Shown here: positions 24,101-36,824 of the stretch, one piece after another
Layout: each line of letters opens with the position of its first letter
Position numbering within the stretch: position 1 is the stretch's first letter
NCBI GenBank assembly: GCA_030141605.1
Contig: JAQGDQ010000223.1
Span: 194,204-258,203 of the forward strand
DNA: 64,000 nucleotides
DNA from: Tubiluchus corallicola
Lineage: Eukaryota > Animalia > Priapulida
Direction of reading: 5' to 3'
Translations under genes and position numbers: made by a program
The notes under the pieces: generated by a model
What the model saw: the letters and a program-made list of their open reading frames with translations, nothing else
Told to the model about the DNA's origin: nothing
Database searches by the model: none

Positions 24101-27100
24101 TAGTTCAATAGCTTCTTCCAAATAATGGCAATCAAATAAGCAGCTCAATTTAATCTATTCTTCATGGATAGGTCTAGACAAGGCATGGAAGCCATTGCTT
24201 TTTGGATTAGAAGTTCAGAGATCAAAGTCGAAAACTGAACACATTTTTTGCCTTATAGAGACTTATACACCATGCAACACAATAAGTTACTGCGCAAAGT
24301 GTTTATACAAATAATGACAAATATTTAATAAAACATGATATTTTAATGAATACAACTATACAGTTTGCAAAAATTGCGTGACGTCATCCGTTTACGTATT
24401 TCATCGATGACGCATCAATGCAGCATGAAGCCAGTCAGGCGGTAGACTTGTACACGCCTAACAAGGTGTGCTCAAGGAACTCTGAACAGAGTGCCTGCTA
24501 ACCGCCTGATTAACGATTGGCGCTTGCCTGCCCGTTTTCACATCCTCCGCCCGCAGAGGTGAATTCTAATCACGGCGGTTGCTATAGCGCCCACTGTAAA
24601 CAGAGTAGGCAATATGATTCTATGCACAACGCTAATTGCAGAGAAAACTTTGGGAGACGATTAGGAGCTTTATTATCATTATCATGTTTGATCAAAATCC
24701 TCAGGCAGGTGGTGAAGGAAATGAAGAAACAAAACATAAAGGTTCGTTTGCTGTTTACACGGCTGAAGGATTTACACTGTACAGACGAGCGGAGTACAAA
24801 AGTGCCATCGAGTGCTATAATCTGGCGTTGGCGCTAGAACCCAGTGAAAAGGGTATCCTAGTGGAGCGGTCAAAGTGTTATCTGAAGGTACGTAAACCTT
24901 TTCAGGTTGAATACAGTCTTCTCACGAGACAAAGTTTTATAATTTCTTTTATAAGTTCTATGAGATTTTTGTAACTCCTTGTTAATCAAATGAAATTATA
25001 TGAACTCAGTAAATGAATTTTGAGTTCCAAAAGAAATTAGGACGTGAGTGAAACCTGGAATGAAGTCAACAGTTATTAAAATTTATGGAACCGTACTTGA
25101 TCTAAAGGAAGGAAATGCTAAAATTTCAAATTAAGCCTGGATTTCAACCAAGCACCTTTGTGTTACAAGTTTAGTGTCTTGAAGCCTTCTCGTTGCATTA
25201 TCGAACTTCTTCCGCCTATCCAAATTTGGGGTAAAGAATGTAATATTCATGTATGCATTTCACCATTAATTTACTTTAGATAAAGGTTTTAAATGAGTAA
25301 ATAGTTGATTATTCGGGCAAATCCATCTGTGCTACAAAATGATGTGAAACTTCAATGTGTCTTGGCCAAATGAGAAATTGTAAACTTATCTGATTCCATG
25401 TCTTAAAAAGTGGGTACAGTCAAAAGAACCTGGCTGGGTGTAAACCATGCACGTGATTTATACCTGCACAGTAGCTATTCTTAAAAGAAACGATAAGAGA
25501 ATTTATAAATAAAGCTAAAAAAATTCGTCTTGAAATTTTGCATTGCTTAAGTACTGTCTTATTGCATACAGAGCTTGCATTAGAAGCAATGCTGTATAAA
25601 ACTTATACGTTTAGACAGTTAGGCGCAGCCATTTTAATGGCCAGTCATTGAATACGAAATGAAGCAAAAATCAAATGACATTGCATAAAGTTCAAAAAAA
25701 TAATCACAGCATCGGTAGTGTACACTGGACTAACCAAGGAATTGTATAAAATTACTTACTCTTATTAGTAGAATTATTAATATGTTTTCCTAGCCAGTGG
25801 TGACACAGGGGTGGTAAACAGTGATGTTTTACCAGATGGCACGAATGTTTTGAATTATTAAGAATTTTCTTTTCCAGTTACAGCTTTCAAACAGTAAACA
25901 GAATGCTAAGTATTATAACTTTGTATAACCCATAAAGCTTTTTGGGACACACTTTAAAATTCGATTTTCTTCTCCTTTAAATAATATTTGTATCAAATTT
26001 TTCTCCAAAAGAACACCAAACATGCAGAAAAAATGTTGATTGAAGCCATAGTGATTTTAAGTGGAGGATACTAGCTACGTTTTGCCTCTCACAATTGCTA
26101 AGCAGCAATAGGTGTCGAAGGGTGCATGCTAAACTAGTGGAATTGACACCATTCCTCTGCACTTGCCCCAAATTTTGTAATCCCAGTTAAATGCCTTCAA
26201 CAGCAGACCTAAAAAACTGTGTAGTGTATCACATGTGTTGCCTAGTTCAAGGAAGTTCTGCCTTTTAGCTAAAGGGTGACTACAAAAAATGGTGTTTTGA
26301 ATGTATTACTTAAAACCTCTTACAGATAAATAACCTTGAAGCTGCCCTGGAGGATGCCGAAGCCTCTCTCAGAAATGACAAAACCTATATACAAGGCATC
26401 TACCAGAAAGCAGAATGTTTATATGCATTAGGTGAATTTGAATTTGCTTTGGTTTTTTATCACCGTGGTAACAAACTTCGACCAGAACTCGAGAAGTTTC
26501 AGATGGGCATCTGGAAATGCCAAGAAGCGATTAATAACTCCATTGGAACATCCAAGTCTGTGTCACTTAGAGAAACGTACCCATCTTCTCAGGAAAAAGA
26601 AGTTGGGTCAACTGCCAGTCTCATAAAGACATGCCCTAGCCAATTACTTAGATCATATGGTAGCCAGGCTAGTACACAAGAGGAAATCCATAAACAACGC
26701 AAACCAAAGGAAAGAAAAAACACAGAAAAAAATACTAAACAATTGCTAGGAGAGTTGTACGTTGACAAAAAGTATCTAGAAGCAGTGAAGAGAAATGGAA
26801 ATATAACCCGCGGGAAGAGTGCATCAATTTTAAAAGTTCGAAAACTTATTGATGATGGTTTACAATACCTAGACACCAGGACAGACTTTTGGAGGCAGCA
26901 AAAACCAATATTTGCACGTCAACGTGACAAACGTGCTGCACAGAAACGTTACTCACACATAATTAAACGACAGCACAGCAAAGCAGTACAGGAAATACTT
27001 AAATATCTTGATGATATTGATGAGTTCCAGGAACAAGGAAACTACAAGGAATGTGTTAAGTTAGTGAAAGAAACAGTCAATGGTTTAAATACTATACCCG

Positions 27101-30100
27101 AAACAGACTGCCCAAATAAACAAGCGATCCTTGGGGTACTGTTTAGCTATATTGGCAATGCCTACTTGGAGCTTGGACATAGCAGTAAAGCAATTTGTTA
27201 TCACAAAAAGGACTTGTCATTAGCTGAAAAGTTTGACTTACAAGATGGAATATCAAGATCACTGGACAATTTAGGAAGAGTTTACGCCAGAATCGGCAAG
27301 TATTCTGAAGCTATAAACATATGGGAAAGAAAAGTACCACGAATTCAGTCTGATCAAGAAATGATGTGGTTATGTCATGAATGCGGCCGCTGTTATCTGG
27401 AACTAGATAAAAACGAGCAAGCTTTAAATCACGGGCGCAAGTCGCTGGAGTCTGCTGTGAGAGGCGATGACACATTTTGGGTGATGAATGCAAGTGTACT
27501 CATAGGGCAATCTTTATTGAAGCTCCAGGATTACAAGCAGGCTGAGGAATACTTACAACGAGCTCTAGAAGCAGCAGAACTAGTTAAAGATGTACCAGCA
27601 CAAAGAGCTATTCAGAAGGTTCTATGTGAGGCCAAGCAAAACTCACATACAAGCACTGGCACTGTTCCTAGCACTGAACACATGAATTCAAAAGCAGAGA
27701 CATCTGGTGTGCAAAAAGACACTTCAAGTTTTCTAAGTGATACCGAACAAAACTTGCATACTGACACTGACACAGTTTCTAGCATCAAATCCATTGACTC
27801 GAGTGCAGAGGCTTCCACTGTGCTGCACAATTCGTCTAACGATCAAACCGACACTAATCACGGCAGCACCGACACTGTTCCTAGCACTGGCGCTACACCT
27901 TCAAGTGCCAAGACTTCAGCCGTAGGAGAGTATTCGTCCACTTTTCAAGATGAACCAGAAAGCGAATTGGGGAGTCCCCTTGACCAAGGCAAGTCAGAAG
28001 GCACATCAGAAAGTTCTCAAGAAGCAAACTGAAGCCTATTATGATAGTGGGCACTGCACCGTTTAGAATCCAACTCCCAAGACTGTATTACAATTACGTA
28101 AATATCTTGCAGTTGAGGCCACAATATGGATTTTCTATTGTAGGTTTGTATTTTTCTTAACAGCAAATGACATGCACTTGGTGTCTGAAGGTTCACAGCA
28201 CAGAAGACAACGCAAAAAGCCAAAATACAAAATAGACTCTTCGAAATAGCCTTATCATGACAGAAGACAAAGGGAATAAAAATTGAAGATTTTATTAAAT
28301 TTGGTGCTTGTAAGTTCGCGTAACTAGAGTCGTTAATATTTAAAACTATTTGGCTTAATTTAGCTAGTCAGTATAAAGTGACTTGTACTACATGCCTTGT
28401 ATTGTTGTCTTTTTATTGCATTACTATAAAACTGAAAATGTTGAAATAATGTGATAAAAAGTATTGTAAAGAGAATTCAGGATAATCTGCCAAATGATAA
28501 AGCGAAAGTGCTGCAATTCCACAAGTACCTAATATTGATTTTTGTTTATACACATATTTAGTTATGTGTTACTTATATTTATTATTCATACCTACCAAAT
28601 GGTACAACTTTCTCGGCAGTTACTCATGCCATTTCATGATCAGAAATTTTCTCATGTATTTCTAATCAGAAAGCTTGTGAAAAAAGAATTAAATTCATAG
28701 TTACTGCAACAATCTTACTACTCTACTTAAAAATTGGAAAATTCCACAAATTCCAGGGTGCAAAAAAAGTTTTGGCTGAGTTTACATGTCGTTCAAGATT
28801 TACAACTGGCGCTGACTACAATTTTTGCCAACCTACAATATCTGTTTAACCTGAATATTAGTATTAAGCTTAGAAAAAAGCAAATGTCCTTTTGCACTTG
28901 CACTTTTTTGTTTTGGTTTGTTTCTGTATTTTCTTTTTCTGCTTTTTTTGTCAATTTCTAATGTTGTCACAATACAGTTTTAAAGACAAGAATGTGTGGA
29001 GACAGGTCAGCACAACAGCTCGTTATGTATATGCAATTAATCCATGCCTTTCAGGCATAACTGACGGACTACTTAAACAAACGTCCGTGTCACTGTTTTT
29101 GTGCCACAGTCATAAACATCATCACTGCATATCTTCAATGTCATAGCTACCACTACCTTGCCAAAACAAAACCCAAGCTTTATCATCATCATTGTTGTGG
29201 TTGTCTTTACTGTAATCAATACCTTGATAATAATTAATCATCAGCATAATTACAGTGTATAAACTACGCACTATGCACGTCCATGCAGCAAAAAAGCCCT
29301 TTTTGCAAGTTTTGTCAAAATACAAAAAAAATCTTGGTAATTGGTATACATTTCTGATGCTGAGTGTCTATAAGCTAATGAACTGTTTCAAAGAACTACT
29401 AAATGATTGTTTAAATACAGAAGAAAGGCTAGGCACTTGTAGACTAATAGCCACAAACAGAGCAAACATAGACATAGACATAGACATTTTTATTTATCTC
29501 CTCATTTACACCATAGTATACAAATTCACTATTTTTTATAGTTATTGATTAAAAAGGATAAATTAAACATAAAGGAAAAATGACCATTAAATCTGTTGAC
29601 CAGTTTTACCAGACCTATTAGTCATAAACTAAAAAAATATGTAACGCATTTGGGCTTTCCTCGCAAATTAGTTCCTGGCAAATCCTCACTCTCTGATTTT
29701 TAATGGAATACAAATTGTAAAATTTATCAAAAAATGGTCGTATTGATCAATCATAAACTTCAAAAAAAATATTTAAGTTTGTACATACGTACATACTAGT
29801 GCAATAGTCAAAATATTCATAAAATTAACGGGTTTTACATCTGGATTTAATGAAAATGAAACAATAAAGGCATGGCCCATTTATAACGGCTGATACATTT
29901 TACTAAATCAGATGAATAAATTAATAAGCAACCAGTTAAGTGAGCTTTTATTTGGTTTGCTTCCTTGACACAGAACATGTTAAGTGCACTAATAAGCTCC
30001 AGTCTTAAAAGACACTATAAGTAACATTTCATAGAATAAAGTATGGAATACAATGGAGAAATAAATAGAATAACTAATTTATTATAATTTATTGTAATGT

Positions 30101-33100
30101 TTTTGCAATTGTGTAAATGTATATCTTATCCTAAATTAAATGAAAGCAATTAATTTTCACAAAATAAAGCTTTAAACATTTTTTAAATACTAATCAAAAG
30201 TGGTTATGCATCACATGCTTGTTATATTACTTGACCAAGCCTCTCGATTTGCCAACGATTATAATTATGTAACATATTAGTGCGCCATAGCAAATAAGGT
30301 AACAAAATTAAATTCATAAATGATGGAATAAGATTTGCAAGATTTGAGACTTTTTGCTTACAAAGCGACACCATAATTGCTACGCTACCATGTTCCCCAA
30401 TAATCATAACAGTCAAATGTCCAGCTATAGGGACTAACTTTCGACTGTCATGATTTCTTGGCAAACACGGTAGTTTAGCAGTGATGGCACATACTTTGTA
30501 AGCAGAAGGTCTGGGTGCAAATCCAGACTGTGTTCCAACTTTTTCACATTTTCTATTTTCAAAGTTTGGTTTCAATTTCAAAACTTAATTAATTGTGGGT
30601 TTGCACCAACATTATTATTAATCTTGATATTCAATTAAGATTATATAAAATTAATTTTCACCTTTTTATTTTAAATTCAGTTACGTATATGGAATTTTTC
30701 AATTATTCTCTCAATTGATATCGTATGTTTTGTAAGATTGTGCATTTTAGATGTCAGAAAATAATAAATACTTTTAACAGATTCAACTTATCCTGCTTTA
30801 ACCTACATGGCATTTCTTAGTCGTAAACGAGACATTACCTAGGGCCATTTCAAACGTCTAGAACTGTAGATAGATTTGTTTGTCTCCTTTCAAAGCCCCA
30901 AGGCGTACATCAGTTGCGACGAAATGTCAAAGTTCTTAAACCTGCTGACTTGCCCTGCATAGATTCAACTTCGTCCATTTTGTTAGAAAAATGGATGGAT
31001 GAAGTTCAAATCACCTTTCAGAAATTGTGAAAAAAATTTTTGCCAACAGTGACTTTTTGTGAAGGCATGGGCTTGCACATGTAATGAATGCCCCTAGCTA
31101 TTATAAAACTAAAGCATCATGAGAGGTCTCATGCTTGACATTGTGAGGATCTCGACCTTTCACACATTTTTTTGGCCAAATTTAGCTAAATTCTTAGGTA
31201 ATAAGAATCGTTCGGAGAGCAGATGAAATATTTTCCATAAATGAGCTGGTGACAGGTCACTTTAATTCTGCTCTTTGAGCTGACTCAGATTCTTCCACTA
31301 TATTCACCATCCTAGACCTTACCACTCCCTGGCGGAGGGTGCTCAAAAGTTGCCACCCATCAACTAACACGTCCACTTGACATTTTGCAGGCCACAACCT
31401 ACCTTTTTTATTGAATTATAGTTGCAATTGTTTGAAACCTGGATCTGCCCTTACTGGGGTGAGGCTAAATCAGTTTTGCCATTGCCAATACTTGACAGAT
31501 CACTATCTAATTCCTTGCATTTAGCTGACTCAGTCTCCTACCATGCTCACCATCCTGGAATCTCCCTCTCTTGGTCCCAAGGGGAGGAATGGTCATTGCA
31601 AGCTACAGCCTAAAAGGTATCACCTATCATCTATGCTTGACATTTGGCTGTGCAAAATCTGCCTTTATAACTATAAATGCAATTAAAATCCTGGATCCGC
31701 CCTCCCTGCCTTCCTTGGAGAGTAAAATATTTTTGTCATGTTGGATTGTCAATACTTGACCGTTTGCTTTAATTCCTCGTATTGAGCTGATTCAAATTCT
31801 CCCACTATACCCTCCATCCTGGATCCTCCCTTCCGGAAGTTGGACGTCATTGCACGCCATTGCCCAACATCTACACTTGAAATTTTGAGGGACAAAACAT
31901 GCCTTTTTGACACATCTTTATTCAAAATTTTTAGGGTTTAACTAATCACTAAAATCTCTAATCAGGGAATACAAAATTAAATGAAAAGAAAAACAGAGGT
32001 ATGTCATCAGAAAAGGAAAAGGCCATATTGTAGCCTTAGGACTGCCAGACATAGTAGAGCAGTATTAAATTAAAGACTTAGACCTGGTAAAACTTTATGC
32101 TGGTAAAAAACCAATCTTAAGTGGCGACTTTAACGCAAAGATTGGGCAATTTGCACAAGAATTATCTAGTTTACTGTAGTCCTATTCGAAAAACTGTGAC
32201 AATAGCAAAAAAAGTCAGAGCACAGAGTTGAAGCAAATTTGCATTGCCACAAAATTTGGTTCGATTAACCATTTAAAGTATAAAGTAGTCCAATTCCCTG
32301 GACAATTCACATACTTTTTTATAAACATATTTATTTATTTTTTAACAGAATCACCTATAAAGCAGCTAGACTGCTTAACCAAAGACTTTTCTGAATATGT
32401 TACAAAAGTATACCAGTTGTGCATCCAGCTATCTATTAAAAATCTACTCAAACAATTAGTGGACACACTAAATATGATACTGTTATTGAATTTTTTCAAC
32501 TAGCTAAGACAGTAGTGATTCAATGACAAGCAAAAGAGAATATATTTACGTGTATATTTACAGAAAATGCTCTAAAGGTGACAAGAAAATGCAAATTAAC
32601 CTAGTTTTGGCACACAAAAAGTCAAGACAAATAAAAAATTCTAAATTTTGGTCTACATTGGTTTATATCAGACCATATTCAACTAGCAGTAGGGTTATGT
32701 ATTGTTGTATGTATGTATGTTTATGTGTTGCTGTGGAATAAATTCATATATATATATATATATATATTGAATGTATTGTGATGCTGAGGCCAGTGCACTC
32801 TGGAGCAAAAGAGATATTGGAGTCGACTAATACTCACATAATGTTACCTTGACATCCTAAAGAAAGATATGGCAAATATGTTGTAAGATATACCTGATAG
32901 AAAGTCTTGAGATATAGCTATAAATCATGGAGACAGGTATTGATATATGCTATGTTGGAGTTGATTAGATCATCACCATCATGATCATCATCATTGCATC
33001 ATCAAGTTCTTTGCATTTTTCAGCAAAAATGAGCTTTTAATTAATTTTTGTCTTTAGCACAAACTTCATTAAAGGAAAATTCTTTAGTACTCTTGCAGAT

Positions 33101-36100
33101 CTTAAAGGTCAATACAAGACTTGAACGATGGAGACAACGTACAATTATCAGGTTTCAACGCATACGTTTTCTTATATCCTCAACCTGAACCTATTCAGAA
33201 AACTGATTGTTTCGCATGTTGTTTGCTAATCAATAATTGCAACTGAATTTCATGACAGTTTGGGAACAAAAGCTAAAGATACCTCGTGGTAATTAGCAAG
33301 CAGGCCAGTTTAAAGAAACAAAAACGAGGTTACACGTCTCTATTTCAGATTATTTAAAAACCCTGCAGTAAAAAAAGAACCTAGAATAAAGCATGTTGTT
33401 TAATTACTAAACAATTGATAATTATCCCTTATTGTTACCTATCTATTTCAGCCATCTAAAAACCCTGCAGCAAAAGAGGACCTAATGTAAAGCATGCCAT
33501 TAAAACATTAAACAATCCGTATTTTACTGTACTTAGCCTTTACAGTTAGGCTTTTGTAAGTCTGTCTTTACCTTGAGAGAACAATAAGCAATAAATCGGT
33601 AAGGTACCTGTCTGACTCATCAGTGTCACTGTTGTTCACTGTGCACAGGAACAATATATGTATGTGTATATATATATATATAGGTGTTACAAAGTATAAT
33701 GTCTTGTGAATTTGTATAAAATAAGACAATTGCCTATTATATGTTTTACCAAATTAGACAGTTTCTGTATAATGATGCTATGTTCATAATCATAAATAAA
33801 TAATCATACCTGACTGATGCTTACATTATTGACGTTCATATTATGCTCATTTTTTGCAGTTAGCATTTACGTTAAATGAATTGCCAAAATTCAAATTATC
33901 TGCATCTTCATGGATTTCCAATCCGCAAAGACACTTTCACAGCATGAAATTGACACTTTCATGGTAACAAAATTAATTTTAAACACCCAACTTCAGCTTT
34001 GTTATTCTGCCCTCAAGACTTTCCCGCATACCTTGCGCATTTTGCTAGGAGTTTTCGATGGCGAGTGGAACCTTTTCCTGGGTGTACTGGGATTACTTCC
34101 GTACACTGCTTCCTCCTCAGCTTCTTTAACCCGTGCTCTTCTCTGCAAAAAGCAGTCAACAAATTTCATAAAAAATAGTTAAGTTAAAAAAACAGATCAG
34201 TTAATATATTATCTCAAAATCTTGAAAGAAAGAAGTTCATTTCACTCATTTTGTGACTTGACATTTACTTCAGTAAATTGTTTATTATTCTTATTTCATG
34301 CAAAGCATGCTTCAGGGTCCTGTTTCATTCAGTTCACAACATTAGAGACATGCACAACCTCTTTAGCCATAAACAGTGTGACAATAAGCAACATTAAGTC
34401 GTATAAACGAGTCTGCTAAACTGGAGTAACAGATGTCCTTGACATCAGACTGCTGTCACAGTTCTGTTTTCTGCAAAATTTTTCAATTCTAGAAGCAGAC
34501 GACATAAATCAGCTGCTTTGTGATGAATTGAAGAACGTGACTGCAATTCACAACAATTACAGGTCATCCTAAAAACCTATTTTAAGCAACACAAACAAAA
34601 CGTGCTAAGATCTATTTGGTTCTACTCAGCTATAACTGACACAGGGGAACCCCAGTAAAGCATGAAAGTAAAATCGGTCACCATTAGTTCAGCAGATATG
34701 ATGCAAAATTCAGTGAAAAGTGATTCTGATAGAGACGACTGGAGTACATATTGAGTTCTCTGAGTAATTTGAACACTATAGTATGTTACAAATAAAAATA
34801 ACGTAATTTTTTATACTATTCACATTGTTAGTTAATTACAGCTCTTAATGAGCATGAAACTCTGACAACTCGTAGAATTTGCAGGAAAAAAAATCACACT
34901 CAGACCTATGAACCATTAATTGGATTTTTTAAAAGCATGTGGCTATCACTAAAGTTAGCTTCTCCATCTTGAAAATTCTAAAATAGCCAGGTGATAAATG
35001 CAACAGTTGTCGATAAAAAGATAATCATTGAGGTATTAGATATGGTGCTGTTAGTTCTGTTAAGTATTAGTCCATTCTTTGATTGAGAGTTACTCTTTTT
35101 TAAGGATAATGAAATGCTTTATCTTTTGCCAGTCTCTTCAGTAAAGTTTCATTTCTATTTTTTATTCAAATGCATCTGAGATTCGATCAGCTGAGTGCAT
35201 CAAAGCAGAAACATGCAATTATTCAATAATTGCATTTAATTTTAGTAATGTACCATTAGGCCAATGTCACACAGAGAAAGCCGTAAGGAACAAGCCATAA
35301 TCCATAATCTGCAAGCCATAACGCATAACGCGTAATATTCTATCTTCCAAAAGCGCATGTCGTAATCCGCGCTATGCGCCTTGCTCTGTGTAATTAGCAA
35401 GGCATTTTGTCATAATCCACTTTTTGGCAGGAGACACGAATCAATTTTCTGGATCATTCAAAATATCAAAAAGGTATCCGGTTGCATTATGGTAACGCTG
35501 CGTGTTAAAAAAAACAAAAGTGCAAACAGACAAAGCTAGTAATGTATGTTGGACCCATTTATAGCAATTATGAGTGAATTTGCGACATTATTTCAAACGA
35601 ACAAGAGTGATAATGAAAAATTTTTCAACCACACTAGAATTTCAGTCAAACATTTTATTGGAATAAAAAATTGCAGTCATATACACTGCATAATATGATT
35701 GACTGGTATACTGCCTCCTGCATGTAGTATACATTTCTTACGTGAATTGTAGTAATACGGTAATTGTAAACGAGTGTTGTTGGTTAAAAATGCTTTTTTT
35801 ATCTTTATAGTCTCATGATATAAATGAATTGTACACTATAAAAACAATAAATGCCCTAATCATCCTGTTAGTGACGACCAAAAATGCCTTATGGCAAGCG
35901 AAATTAATGGCCAAATTAATTTTGCAATAAGGCGCCTTACGAACTTACTGATGACCGATGACTCGCAGTAGGCAAACCACTGTTGGCGGATGATGGCAAA
36001 TGGATCATCCGTGTGACAGCAACCATTGTCTAGCATACGTTCATTGTTCATGAGATGGCTTTTTCTTTTTATGGCTTGTGCCTTATGGATTATGTCCAGT

Positions 36101-36728
36101 TCTGTGTGACATGGACTTAGTGTCAACTTAGTTGAACATAAGTGTACATTTGCATATCATAAGAGTTCCACAATAAACTAAGTACATGAACAAGTAACAC
36201 TATGATAAAAGATATCAGATTTTAGAAATTTTCACTTTTCTGACCATTTCTTGTTTTAGCTTACCCTTTCCTGTTTTATTTGTTCTTTACTGGCCCAGTA
36301 TGATTCCCACTGAGACCGGATAAAATCTCCAAACTTCACACCATCTACAACAAAATCTTCTCCATTTTCTTGCTCCCAAATGCTTATCAGTTTTTCTAGT
36401 TTGCTTTCCAGCTAAACAAAAATAATTTATTAATTTAATTGATTTATTAATAATTAAAATCTTGTAAAATTGTAAAAAGATGCGAGTTAAGTTCCAGGCA
36501 GCTAGCAACAATAAACTTAGCAAAAGATGGTATAAATTGCACTGAAAGCAATTTTAATTTTTTGTCAAAGTATCGATTGAGAGAGATTTTAGAATATGTA
36601 GTATTGAGTATCTTTTTAATTAAATAAATGTAAATAATATCCATGCCTTGTTTTGTTGTTGTTGTTGTCAGTGTTTAATATTTATTTTTACTTTTACTGC
36701 TAGTCTAAGTCTAGTAGTTTTACTACTG

Positions 36729-36824
<96 letters not shown>

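Noticed and set aside
29000-29325. Possible alternative PRC1 terminal exon in intron 11
   Set aside because: Weak acceptor and no recognisable similarity; unsupported without RNA data.
33608-33640. Possible extra PRC1 micro-exon (cacAG...CAG|GTACC)
   Set aside because: In the required phase 0 it begins with TGA and has no PRC1-like sequence.
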